Shown: positions 19,305 to 28,383 of the stretch, one piece after another | Layout of the letters: every line of letters starts with the position of its first letter | Numbering within the stretch: position 1 is the first letter of the stretch | From: a bacterium | GTDB lineage: Bacteria; Patescibacteriota; Minisyncoccia; UBA6257; WO2-44-18 | Direction: 5' to 3' | NCBI GenBank assembly: GCA_030646995.1 | Contig: JAUSKF010000004.1 | Coordinates: forward strand, 84,404 to 148,403 | DNA: 64,000 nucleotides | Made by a program: the position numbers and the translations under genes | Notes under the pieces: model-generated | Told to the model about the DNA's origin: nothing | Databases searched by the model: none | Seen by the model: the letters and a program-made list of their open reading frames with translations, nothing else

Positions 19305-20135
19305 TTACTTCGCGTATTCATACTCAAAAGTGCTGCGACCCGAGGCTCGCGGAATCTTTTCATCTCCGACAAAAACCTTCCAAATTTCACTAATCCGCTT
19401 ATCGCCAGCTTTGTAACCAGGAGTAATTTCTACCCGCTGGGCGACATTACCCAAACCATCGTACTGCGCAAACGAAATCATATCGCCGCGGGTGTTGAAA
19501 ACCGCCTTATCTACAGGGTCGCCATCACCGGAATTTGTCTTGGCTTCCTTGAGATGGCCATTGGCGTAGTAGGAGTAGGTCACAATTTCATCCACTTCCT
19601 TGGTGCCATTCATGGTCGAGGAAAGAGTGGATTTAGTCAGTTTACCCGCAACGTCATATTCGTTTTCACGCCTACGAACCAACCCGGAAACATGAACATT
19701 CTCAGCCGAGAGCCATCGGCCGCCGATGTCGTAAGCATAGTCGACAACCGTTCCGGAAACTTCTTTCCCGTCGGCATCACAACGATAAACCCTCACCTTG
19801 TAACTGCCGTCTTCGACGTAAGTGTAACTAAACTTTCCATATAGCTTACGATCAGCATCAAGCTGTCGCCGCTCTTTCGGATGACCCTTGTCATCGTAGT
19901 CATGCTCATAGTAATTCACGCTATTACTTGGACCCTCTACGGTAATAGAAACCAGAACGCCGTCCTTATAACTTTCGGTACGGGTCAGCATCAGAGTGCC
20001 TTCTGGGTCTGCGCTATCAATGTAGAACTTAGAAATTTTCTTGGAAATCTTTTCATCAACTTTCTTGAAGAAATCCTCGGGATCGCTCGCCAAAGCGAGA
20101 CCGGCGAAAAACAACAGAAAGAGAAAGCTTTTCAT
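19305..20135 (-). CDS. secreted YD-repeat-like protein, paralogue 3
   Basis: Signal peptide MKSFLFLLFFAGLALA|SD; repeats HDYDDKGH, YRCDADGK, NEYDVAGKL. Confidence 0.65.
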   Translation of the reverse strand: MKSFLFLLFFAGLALASDPEDFFKKVDEKISKKISKFYIDSADPEGTLMLTRTESYKDGVLVSITVEGPSNSVNYYEHDYDDKGHPKERRQLDADRKLYGKFSYTYVEDGSYKVRVYRCDADGKEVSGTVVDYAYDIGGRWLSAENVHVSGLVRRRENEYDVAGKLTKSTLSSTMNGTKEVDEIVTYSYYANGHLKEAKTNSGDGDPVDKAVFNTRGDMISFAQYDGLGNVAQRVEITPGYKAGDKRISEIWKVFVGDEKIPRASGRSTFEYEYAK

Positions 20136-20197
20136 TTTCTATCCTTTCAAAGTAACCAAGGATTATTTTATAACAAACCCCGTAAAATGGCTACGCC

Positions 20198-20236
20198 ATC
20201 ACGGGGCAAGAAAAAAGCCCCGTAAAGACGGGGTCA
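20198..20236 (-). terminator. rho-independent terminator of the 20509-21345 gene, displaced by element insertion
   Basis: Read on the minus strand: CCCCGTCTTTACGGGG followed by cttttttcttg. It lies just beyond the left terminal inverted repeat of the MITE-like element. Confidence 0.5.
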
Positions 20237-20504
20237 GCCCCCTATTCCCACATAAGCTCTAGCAGCGTTGTGAGGTATAAATTCTTTATTTCGAGGAAGC
20301 GAATTTTGAGGCATAGACTCTATGCCCAAGATGAGCTGACATAGAAATAAAGAATTTTAACCACAACCCTCTGGGATGCGGGATTTTATTATTTATTACT
20401 TCGTTTCTCGGACTTGGAGTAGACTTCTACATCTGCGTCCTCAAAGCCTCGTACTAAATAAAAAATCCCCGCATCGCTGCGGAGAATATGTGGGAATAGG
20501 GGGC
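20237..20504. mobile_element. MITE-like non-autonomous element, copy 2 (~268 bp, 18 bp terminal inverted repeats)
   Basis: Terminal inverted repeats gccccctattcccacata (20237-20254) / tatgtgggaatagggggc (20487-20504). Internal palindrome ggcatagactctatgcc (20310-20326). Region 20400-20450 aligns with 2715-2760 of copy 1. Confidence 0.5.
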
Positions 20505-20508
20505 TAAG

Positions 20509-21345
20509 CTACTTCTTCTCGTAAAACTCATACTGATACAAGACGTGGCCGCGTTTCAACGCCAGCGCCCTCTTCTCTATTTTACTGTCCATCCATTCAT
20601 CTTCGGTAATCCGTCCGTCCTTGTCGTAGGTGTACTCATGAGCCAGCTTAGCCACCACCTCGCCACCATAGTAATCGTAAACGGCGCGCTCCTCCAGGTC
20701 TCCGGCAAGGTTGTAGCTGGATTCTGCGGACAGATAGCCCATGTGGTTGACGGTAGTCGCGCGACGCAACTTACCGTCCTTATCGTATTCGAAATCAGTA
20801 GTATTCCGAATCTTTCCCTCAATCACTTCCTCGCTCTTCTTTAGTACTCCGTCATCGCTGTAATGATTGACGATCTTGGTTTTAGAGCCGCGGCATTGAG
20901 CGCATTCCCATTCTTTCAGGAGCCCCTTCTTGTCGAAGCGTGAGATGTAAAGCAAATCTCCCGTGGCAAGAATGATTCGCTGCTCAATCTCCAAATTGCC
21001 GTCAACGTCTCTCTTGTATGTCCAACGCTCTAAAGTCTTTCCTTTGTCGTCAATCTCCAATCGTTCCTTAATCTGGCCATCATCTCCATAGATATGTTTA
21101 TAGATAAGTTTTTCGGTCTTGCCGGTGGAATCCGAGAGCTCCTTATTTACCAAATCACCCCTATCATCAAAGGTTTCGGTAACCTTGCGGTCAAAATACT
21201 GCACGGTCGGATTCTTATCATCTTCATCCCAATATTCGGTGATCCGTGCTTTCATTCTCGACGGGGGCTTTTCGAAATCAGCAACTTCAGCAAAAAGACT
21301 TCCTCCGTAAAAACAGGCGAACACGATAACGGACAATTTGTGCAC
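20509..21345 (-). CDS. secreted YD-repeat-like protein, paralogue 4 (GTG start)
   Basis: AGGAGG RBS; signal peptide; repeats YTYDKDGRI, FEYDKDGKL, YKRDVDGNL. Confidence 0.65.
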   Translation of the reverse strand: MHKLSVIVFACFYGGSLFAEVADFEKPPSRMKARITEYWDEDDKNPTVQYFDRKVTETFDDRGDLVNKELSDSTGKTEKLIYKHIYGDDGQIKERLEIDDKGKTLERWTYKRDVDGNLEIEQRIILATGDLLYISRFDKKGLLKEWECAQCRGSKTKIVNHYSDDGVLKKSEEVIEGKIRNTTDFEYDKDGKLRRATTVNHMGYLSAESSYNLAGDLEERAVYDYYGGEVVAKLAHEYTYDKDGRITEDEWMDSKIEKRALALKRGHVLYQYEFYEKK

Positions 21346-21392
21346 GGCTGCCTCCTTTAAAAAGCTGGAATTAGGATAGCGGTTTTCTAAAG

Positions 21393-22406
21393 TTAGAACA
21401 AGTGGACAACGTCCCGAATAGTAACGGCAATTATCAGCAGGAGGAGAACAAGAAACCCGGCGGCATTAACAGATCTTTCCATCTCCGGACGCAACGGCGA
21501 GCCTTTAATTTTTTCAAGAATAATAAACAAGAATCTTCCTCCGTCCAGTGCCGGAAATGGAAAGATATTGAGAACCGCCAAATTTAAAGAAATCAAAGCA
21601 ATCAACTGAACAAGATAAATAAAGCCCATTGAGCCGGCCTGGTTGGCGATGCCAAAGATGCCGATTGGCCCCACGAAATCCACCAGCAACCGGCCTTGAG
21701 TAATCAGTCCCCAGAAAAGATTCGCAAAGGCCGCCAAAATTCCACCCACAATCATCAACGAAGCCTTCAATCCCTCCCAAAGACTAGCCAACAAAGAATG
21801 CCGCTCTATCCCCGCCTCCACTACCGCCACTCCCAACGCCCCCTCTCCGGAAACTCTTGGTGTAGCTTTAATTTGCAACTCTTCCCCTGCCCGACTAATG
21901 TTCAAAACGATTTCTTTCCCGCGATTCTGATTTATAAAAGAAACGAAATCGCTTCCATTTTGAAAATCCTTCATCTGATCATTAGCCAAAATTCCCACCG
22001 CTTCCGCCGGGCTACCCGGAAGAATTTCCGACACCACTACCACCCGCGGAGTGCCGACAGCGAAAATTAAAGACATCAACATCCAACCCAAGAAGAAATT
22101 CATTGCCACACCGGCGACGATTACCAAAGAGCGTTTCCAAATCGGCTGCACAAAAAAACTTCGCGCGCGCTTCTCCGCATTTATTTCTTCCCACTGATTC
22201 TCTCCATAAAGACGCACGAATCCGCCAAAAGGCAGAAGATTCAGGCTATAAATAGTCTCTCCGATTTTTTTTGAAAATAGACGCGGTGGAAATCCAAAAC
22301 CAAACTCCTCCACCAAAACACCGAACTTGCGAGCCGCCAAAAAATGCCCAAACTCGTGGATTAAGATCAGTAACGAAATACCGATAATTACAATTAAAAT
22401 GTCCAT
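21393..22406 (-). CDS. rseP: RIP zinc metalloprotease RseP (site-2 protease, M50)
   Basis: HEFGHFLAARKFG (HExxH) in TM1, PDZ-like middle region, LNLLPFGG-type motif near N-term. Confidence 0.85.
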   Translation of the reverse strand: MDILIVIIGISLLILIHEFGHFLAARKFGVLVEEFGFGFPPRLFSKKIGETIYSLNLLPFGGFVRLYGENQWEEINAEKRARSFFVQPIWKRSLVIVAGVAMNFFLGWMLMSLIFAVGTPRVVVVSEILPGSPAEAVGILANDQMKDFQNGSDFVSFINQNRGKEIVLNISRAGEELQIKATPRVSGEGALGVAVVEAGIERHSLLASLWEGLKASLMIVGGILAAFANLFWGLITQGRLLVDFVGPIGIFGIANQAGSMGFIYLVQLIALISLNLAVLNIFPFPALDGGRFLFIILEKIKGSPLRPEMERSVNAAGFLVLLLLIIAVTIRDVVHLF

Positions 22407-22489
22407 TGGTTTAGTGTTTCGTATAAAGTATACGGTATTAAGTATTGGGGGAGAATTTATACTTAATACATCACACTGAATACTAAATA
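22407..22489. repeat. AT-rich palindromic intergenic repeat (GTATTAAGTAT family), copy a
   Basis: gtattaagtat ... atacttaatac 11 bp inverted repeat plus the actgaatactaaatacta tail shared with copies at 47395-47500 and 49850-49945. Confidence 0.4.
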
Positions 22490-23044
22490 CTATTCGGAGA
22501 TCTCCTCAATCTTAGCAGAAAGAGAAACTTCAATCTCGCTGTTTGTTTTATCTACGGACTTTTGCGCCTTTTCGCGCGATTTGAATTTCTGATCTTCGGT
22601 AATTAATTTTTCCTTGAAAGCGGACTCAATCTTTTTATTTACATCATCACGCCCGGCGCGGACTTTTATCTTGGCCTCCTCGGTCAGACGCTTGGCCAAT
22701 TTAGTCAATTCTTCACGGCGTTCATCCGTCAGGGCCGGCAAATTAATCCGGATAAGATTACCGTCGGAATTAGCGGTTAATCCCATCCCGGAAGTTTCAA
22801 TAGCCTTAACCACCGCGCTCAAGGATTCTTTATCCCAGACGTTGATATCAATTTCACGGGGAGGAAGAATGCTGATTGCGCCAAGTTGCTGAACAGTAAA
22901 ATCCTGATCCATATACCGGACTTTCAGGTTATCCACCAGTTTTGGGCTGGGCCGGTTGGTACGGACTCCGGAAAGTTCATTTTTCAGATAATCCACGATC
23001 GCTCTTAAATTTTTCTCGAAATCTTTTATTAGTTGTTCTGTCAT
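22490..23044 (-). CDS. frr: ribosome recycling factor
   Basis: Canonical RRF length and motifs (VRTNRPSPKLVDNLKV, LPPREIDI). Confidence 0.95.
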   Translation of the reverse strand: MTEQLIKDFEKNLRAIVDYLKNELSGVRTNRPSPKLVDNLKVRYMDQDFTVQQLGAISILPPREIDINVWDKESLSAVVKAIETSGMGLTANSDGNLIRINLPALTDERREELTKLAKRLTEEAKIKVRAGRDDVNKKIESAFKEKLITEDQKFKSREKAQKSVDKTNSEIEVSLSAKIEEISE

Positions 23045-23102
23045 AAGAAAAAGAATAAATGAAAGGCTGAAAAATAAAAAGCCCCCATTCGGGGGTGGTA
23101 CT

Positions 23103-23529
23103 TCATGCGGCGGGGTAAGCTCGCATCAGCTTGTCGATGCCGCACCAGTTCTCCTGGTCCAGCAGGATGAAATCCAGGACCCACTTTCCCGTATCGCTGT
23201 TATAGCCCAAGAAAGGAACACGGCGCTTGCCTTGCGGATCATTCCAAACAGTACCGGGAAAAATCAGATAGAAATTCGTCCAGCTATGCGGAATGAAATT
23301 CTGACGCTCGAGCAACGCCTCAGCGTGTCTCTGGCCAAGATTGGCATCCAGCTCAAGAGCGCGGATGGCCATACGGTTACCATGGATCAGTCCTTCTTCA
23401 GGATGATGAAACCCGCAGATATCCATAACCACCAGATCATGCTCAACCTCGACATCCCTTTTCAATTTCCAGCCCCTCTCGCGCATGTCGCGGGCGAAGG
23501 GCTTGTCGGCAGTGATGACTGCGTACATG
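23103..23529 (-). CDS. hypothetical protein (142 aa), GC-rich relative to surroundings
   Basis: Trimmed to the ATG preceded by GAGGAGG; the longer N-terminal extension in the ORF track runs through GC-rich non-coding DNA. Confidence 0.45.
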
Positions 23530-23584
23530 AACGCCTCCTCAAATGTGCCGTCGGCTACTATAACACAAACGCCTAGGATAAAAA

Positions 23585-23615
23585 ATACCCCCGCCAGCAT
23601 GCTGCTGGACGGGGG
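23585..23615 (-). terminator. rho-independent terminator (minus strand) ending a ~450 nt GC-rich non-coding segment
   Basis: Read on the minus strand: CCCCCGTCCAGCAGCATGCTGGCGGGGG followed by tattttttatcc. Confidence 0.45.
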
Positions 23616-24061
23616 TTTGAGTTTGCGCCGCAATGGCAGCAACTTCGGACAGACGACCCGATCAACAATCGGGAGCCTTTTCCGGAAACTGCCTGCGGCA
23701 GTACATAAAAATTTATTAAAGAACCCCGCTCGGTTCCCGGCGACTTTGGGGAGATGTCGCTTTGGGGGAGGTGCTCGCCGGTCGCTTATCGCTCGTATGC
23801 CACTGCTGCCACCAGAGCAACAGCTCACGCCTTAGAGGCCGCGATCGCATATGAATTAACGAGCCAAGTACCGGCGTCTCGGGTTTTCGGGAGCCCGAGC
23901 GGGGCGGATATACTTTCTGATTTGCTGTAAGCAATTTTAGCAAGAAATCTTCTGCTAGTCAATGGCTCCGCTATTTGCAGACAATCGGCAAAAAGTAGAT
24001 CAAAACACCCGTAAAGATGGTGAGTAAGATTATTCCAAAAGCTTTGTCCATTACTTTAATT

Positions 24062-24775
24062 TTATACCTCTAATAGCGCCGCTTCAAGCTGAAGCCGCTT
24101 ATTCAAATTAAATTCACTCATTAAAGCCCAGCGCCGCGATAAAGCCTTTAGTCCTTTCCAATTTTTTACCGGATCTTTTTGCAATTCCATCATCATCCCG
24201 CGCACGAAATCATCCACTAAGCGAGGCTCTTCTTCGGTGCGCTCAATAAGAGTTTTGAGAAATTCTTTTCTTTTCGCGGGCGCGGTTTTCATAAATATTC
24301 CCACTTCTTTTACTTCCGCCTCAACAACATTCTCCCCAGCCAAAAATATGCGCTGAAAACGCGACTGAACGGCGGGCGACAAAGCGCCTGGGTCTTTTAA
24401 AAGCAATACCAACAGGGCCCCGGCGGGCGGCTCCTCGGCGATCTTCAAAATTGCGTTCTGGGCGTACAAAGTCAGAGCGTGAGCGTTATCAATTACCAAT
24501 AATCGGCGAATGGAAACAGCGGGTCGTTGCCATAAAAATTCCGAGGCTAACCGAATTAAATCAATCCCGCCATCGGCGTGAGCATCATAAAAAATACTGT
24601 CATTTAAAACCCGAGTCGGCGCCTCCCAGTTCCCTGCTTCTAAAAAATTAGCCAAGCATTTTGCCGCTACTAGTTTTTCTTTCTCTGTGCCGTGTCCGAA
24701 AAAAATATAACTGTGCGAAAGACGCTCATCTTTTATCAAGTCGGAAAAAAGTTTTTTTAAATCCCCTGCTTTCAC
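24062..24775 (-). CDS. holB: DNA polymerase III delta-prime-like clamp-loader subunit
   Basis: Degenerate P-loop (FFGHGTEKEK); LVIDNAHALT Walker-B/DExx-like motif; EEPPAGALLVLL and SRFQRIFL sensor-like motifs typical of delta/delta-prime. Confidence 0.7.
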   Translation of the reverse strand: MKAGDLKKLFSDLIKDERLSHSYIFFGHGTEKEKLVAAKCLANFLEAGNWEAPTRVLNDSIFYDAHADGGIDLIRLASEFLWQRPAVSIRRLLVIDNAHALTLYAQNAILKIAEEPPAGALLVLLLKDPGALSPAVQSRFQRIFLAGENVVEAEVKEVGIFMKTAPAKRKEFLKTLIERTEEEPRLVDDFVRGMMMELQKDPVKNWKGLKALSRRWALMSEFNLNKRLQLEAALLEV

Positions 24776-24789
24776 TAACTAAGTATAAC

Positions 24790-25797
24790 CTAGCGCTTGT
24801 TCAAAAGCGTTCGCTTGTAGACTTCCAGATGATTCAGAATCAAGCCGGTACCCTTGGCAACGCAATAAAGCGGATCTTCAGCGACGTAGGTCTGCACGCC
24901 GGTCATCCGCCGGAAAAATTCATCAATATAACGCAGATGCGCGCCGCCGCCGGAAAGAATAATTCCCTTTTCCATAATATCCGCTACCAATTCCGGAGGA
25001 GTGCTATTGAAAACGCTTTGCACGGAAGCGGCAATGTCGAGCAAGTGCGGATTAAGCGCTTCAGCAATTTCGTTGGAGGTGATTACTAAATCTCTAGGCA
25101 AGCCCGAAACTAAATCCCGGCCACGAAGACGGTATTCCAATTTTTCTTTAGTCGGCAAAGCGGAACCGATTTCAATCTTCACATTTTCCGCGCTCTGCTC
25201 TCCCAAAAATAGAGAGTACTTTTTCTTAATATAATCCATAATCGCCTGATCGAATTTATTTCCGGCAACCCGCAAGCTGGCCCAGGAAACAATTCCGCCC
25301 AAAGCAACCACGGCCACCTCGGAAGTGCCGCCGCCGATGTTGATAATCATATTGCCGGAATAGTTGTTAATCGGAACGCCGGCACCCAGCGCGGCCAAAA
25401 TGGGTTCTTTTACGATATAAGCCTCTTTGGCGCCCGCTTCTTTGGCGGCGTTTATTACTGCGCGTTTTTCGGTTGGAGAAATACCGGCAGGAACGGAAAT
25501 TACCACCTCGGGCTTAAAGAAATTAAATGAGCCGGAGGCCTTAGCGATGAAATACTTCATCATCGCTTTGGTGATGTAGTAGTCGGCAATCACGCCTTCC
25601 TTGAGCGGACGATACGCCACAATGTTGTCGGGTGTACGGCCGATCATATCTTTGGCTTCGCGGCCAACAGCAAGAACGGTGTTGTCGGGTACACTCAAGG
25701 CAACGATGGTTGGTTCGTTGATAATAAAACCCCGGCCCGGCACGAAAACAATCGTGTTGGCGGTTCCTAAGTCTATTCCGATTTTTCGTGTAAACAT
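24790..25797 (-). CDS. MreB/Mbl-like actin homologue (second paralogue)
   Basis: GIDLGTANTIVF, INIGGGTSEVAV motifs. Confidence 0.85.
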   Translation of the reverse strand: MFTRKIGIDLGTANTIVFVPGRGFIINEPTIVALSVPDNTVLAVGREAKDMIGRTPDNIVAYRPLKEGVIADYYITKAMMKYFIAKASGSFNFFKPEVVISVPAGISPTEKRAVINAAKEAGAKEAYIVKEPILAALGAGVPINNYSGNMIINIGGGTSEVAVVALGGIVSWASLRVAGNKFDQAIMDYIKKKYSLFLGEQSAENVKIEIGSALPTKEKLEYRLRGRDLVSGLPRDLVITSNEIAEALNPHLLDIAASVQSVFNSTPPELVADIMEKGIILSGGGAHLRYIDEFFRRMTGVQTYVAEDPLYCVAKGTGLILNHLEVYKRTLLNKR

Positions 25798-25813
25798 TTT
25801 TTTGTGTACTTTG

Positions 25814-27124
25814 TTAGTCGTTAGTCGTTAGTCGTTTGATGTCTGCCCCTAGTTTCCGAAGTCGCTCATCCAAATTTTCATATCCCCTGTCCAATTCTTC
25901 AATACCATCAATCTCCGATTCTCCTTCGGCAACAAGAGCCGCGATGACGTGAGCAATTCCGGAACGAAGATCTCTTACGGTCAACTTCGCGGAATGCAGC
26001 TTACTCGGCCCCGTGATCTCTGCGCTGTGAAGAAAAGTTTTTCCGGCGAACCGGCAGGGAACCTCCCCTAAACACTTTGCTTGTACTTTAATCTCCGCGC
26101 CCATTAAATTCAAGTCTTGCGCATAACCGAAGCGATCTTCGTAGACTGTTTCATGCAGCGTGGAGACTCCGTTAGCTTGGGTAAGTAGGACTGCCACCGG
26201 CTGCTGCCAGTCGGTCATAAACCCAGGATAAGTATCAGTTTCAATGGCAGTCGGGCGAAGCGGGCCATCCACGGCTTTCCAAAATTCAATTCCGCCATCC
26301 GATACTTGATAGTCTCCACCCACGCGGCGCAAGACACTCAAAAATGTTGAAAGTGTTTCCTGACGCGCATCTTTCACTAAAATCCGTCCGTTGGTGGCTA
26401 CTGCCAAGCAAGCAAAAGAAATCGCCTCATTACGGTCGGGCATAATCCGGTGAGTAGCTCCGTGTAAACTTTCTACTCCATCAATATAAATTGTACGGTT
26501 GGCGCCGAATTCGATAATCGCGCCCATTTTTTGAAGCAGTTTTATCAAATCCAGAATTTCCGGCTCAAGAGCCGCATTTTGTATTTCGGTGCGCCCCTTG
26601 GCCAAAACAGCCGCTAAAATTGTATTTTCGGTGGCGCCGACGCTGGGATAGCGCAACCTTACTTCCGTCCCATGCAGGCCATCTGGGGCAATGGCAACAT
26701 AACGATCCTCAAGTACTTCGATCTTGGCGCCCATCGCGGTTAGGGCATCAATGTGAATATCCACGGGGCGTGGCCCAATCTTATCTCCGCCCAACATAGG
26801 AACTTCAGCCTTGCCAACGCGAGCCAACAACGGGCCTAGGGCGAGAATTGGAATCCGATTCCGACGAGTCAAAGAAACTACTTTGAAATTAGTAATTTCC
26901 GGAGTTTCAATAGTAAGAGTATTGCCGCTCTTGGAGATATGACTGCCAACGGCCCGGCAAAGCTCTTCGGTGATTTTTGCATCGCCGATATCAGGGAAAT
27001 TTTCCAAAATGCACGGCTCGGAAGTAAGAAGCGAAGCAATCAGCATTTTCGTCGCCGCATTCTTCGCGCCGGCCAATTTTATTTCGCCCGAAAGCTTATT
27101 TCCACCCCGAATTAAAAACCTCAT
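25814..27124 (-). CDS. murA: UDP-N-acetylglucosamine 1-carboxyvinyltransferase
   Basis: Length ~430 aa; KLSGEIKLAGAKNAA N-terminus and catalytic-loop Cys region (EPC). Confidence 0.95.
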   Translation of the reverse strand: MRFLIRGGNKLSGEIKLAGAKNAATKMLIASLLTSEPCILENFPDIGDAKITEELCRAVGSHISKSGNTLTIETPEITNFKVVSLTRRNRIPILALGPLLARVGKAEVPMLGGDKIGPRPVDIHIDALTAMGAKIEVLEDRYVAIAPDGLHGTEVRLRYPSVGATENTILAAVLAKGRTEIQNAALEPEILDLIKLLQKMGAIIEFGANRTIYIDGVESLHGATHRIMPDRNEAISFACLAVATNGRILVKDARQETLSTFLSVLRRVGGDYQVSDGGIEFWKAVDGPLRPTAIETDTYPGFMTDWQQPVAVLLTQANGVSTLHETVYEDRFGYAQDLNLMGAEIKVQAKCLGEVPCRFAGKTFLHSAEITGPSKLHSAKLTVRDLRSGIAHVIAALVAEGESEIDGIEELDRGYENLDERLRKLGADIKRLTTND

Positions 27125-27191
27125 GAGCGTAAGTATAACCCAAAATTAGAATTTTGGGTTTAACGGTTTTGGCGACCCCGCTGAGCGGGGT

Positions 27192-27593
27192 TTAGCCACG
27201 CTTAGCGTGGCGAATCAAAACTACCGTCATCGCCGCTCCCGCTAAACCCAAAGACAGATCACTAAAAGTATCAGAGGCCGGCTCTTGCGGCATACCGGTA
27301 AGAATATTCACAAAATATTCATAAAACTCCCAGCCCACCGCCACAAGAGCAACAACGCCCAGAGTTAAAATGAGGAACGGTAATAACCGGCCGCTCAACT
27401 CACCAAAATATTTCTGACCCGCAAAATACAAGAACGATACGGAAATGAATCCCCCACCCAAACAATGCATAACCATATCCAAATACCACGGGCGAAAATT
27501 TATAATTTCGTCAAAATACCAAACATCGAAATACACCAATGAAACCATCAAGGCCAACCAAAAGAGCAGGACGGTTTTTAACGTTTGGCCCAT
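27192..27593 (-). CDS. hypothetical membrane protein (4 TM)
   Basis: Hydrophobic segments; overlaps rpsI start by 16 nt. Confidence 0.45.
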   Translation of the reverse strand: MGQTLKTVLLFWLALMVSLVYFDVWYFDEIINFRPWYLDMVMHCLGGGFISVSFLYFAGQKYFGELSGRLLPFLILTLGVVALVAVGWEFYEYFVNILTGMPQEPASDTFSDLSLGLAGAAMTVVLIRHAKRG

Positions 27594-27985
27594 TGCGGAG
27601 CTCGGCGAGCTTTGAGCAATCCGTACTTTTTGCGCTCAACAATACGAGAATCACGGGTCAAGTAACCGGCTGGCTTCAACAACTTACGAAGGTCAGGCTC
27701 AAATTTAACCATAGCGCGGGCGACGGCATTCTTTACTGCGTCAGCTTGTGCATTAATTCCGCCACCATGAACCATAACACTGGCGCCAACACGAGTTTTC
27801 AAATCAGAAATCTCAAACGGCAAAAGAGCCGTGAGTTGATTGCGCAACGACGTTTTGAAATATTCTTTATAATCCTTATTGTTTACAGTCAAACCCTTTC
27901 CGGCAAAAACACGAGCAGAGGCATTGGCGCTTTTACGGCCACCTTTAGCTTGGAAGAAACGGACAATTGTTTTTTTCTCGGCCAT
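27578..27985 (-). CDS. rpsI: 30S ribosomal protein S9
   Basis: C-terminal KKYGLLKARRAPQWAKR. Confidence 0.95.
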   Translation of the reverse strand: MAEKKTIVRFFQAKGGRKSANASARVFAGKGLTVNNKDYKEYFKTSLRNQLTALLPFEISDLKTRVGASVMVHGGGINAQADAVKNAVARAMVKFEPDLRKLLKPAGYLTRDSRIVERKKYGLLKARRAPQWAKR

Positions 27986-27986
27986 A

Positions 27987-28328
27987 TTATTTTTCTATAG
28001 TTAAAAGATTCAAACGTTTTTGTTTCAAAAAATTCTGCGGCAACATACGCTTCACGGCCAACATCAAAACTTTCTCCGGAGATTTTGCAAAAGCCTCCTG
28101 GTAAACCTGCTCTTTCAAGTGACCCATATAGCCAGTGTGGCGATAGTAAATCTTTTGAGTCATTTTCCGACCGGTGACTACAATCTTCGAAGCGTTCTTA
28201 ACAACCACCTTATCTTTTCCGGGGTTGCGTGGCTGATAATCAGGATGCATTTTGCCCTGCAAAATCTGGGCAATCTGTGATGCCAAGCGTCCTAATTTCT
28301 GATCTTTTGCGTCAATTACGTATTGCAT
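27987..28328 (-). CDS. rplM: 50S ribosomal protein L13
   Basis: YYRHTGYMGHLK motif; canonical length. Confidence 0.95.
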   Translation of the reverse strand: MQYVIDAKDQKLGRLASQIAQILQGKMHPDYQPRNPGKDKVVVKNASKIVVTGRKMTQKIYYRHTGYMGHLKEQVYQEAFAKSPEKVLMLAVKRMLPQNFLKQKRLNLLTIEK

Positions 28329-28354
28329 TGTAGGATATTCTTATTGTTTAAACG

Positions 28355-28368
28355 TTTAAATATTTAAA
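28355..28368. promoter_or_regulatory. palindromic TTTAAATATTTAAA intergenic motif (1 of 5) upstream of rplM
   Basis: Exact 14 nt self-complementary motif, ~27 nt upstream of the start codon, in a 55 nt spacer. Confidence 0.4.
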
Positions 28369-28383
28369 GATATGATATATGAG

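Noticed and set aside
23103-23828. Long N-terminal extensions of ORFs 23103..23828, 37545..39656, 45376..46509 and 61620..63131 as given in the track
   Set aside because: Each extension runs through non-coding repeat or GC-rich DNA. Internal ATG/GTG codons with good Shine-Dalgarno sequences, in two cases revealing signal peptides or the zinc ribbon, give more plausible starts.
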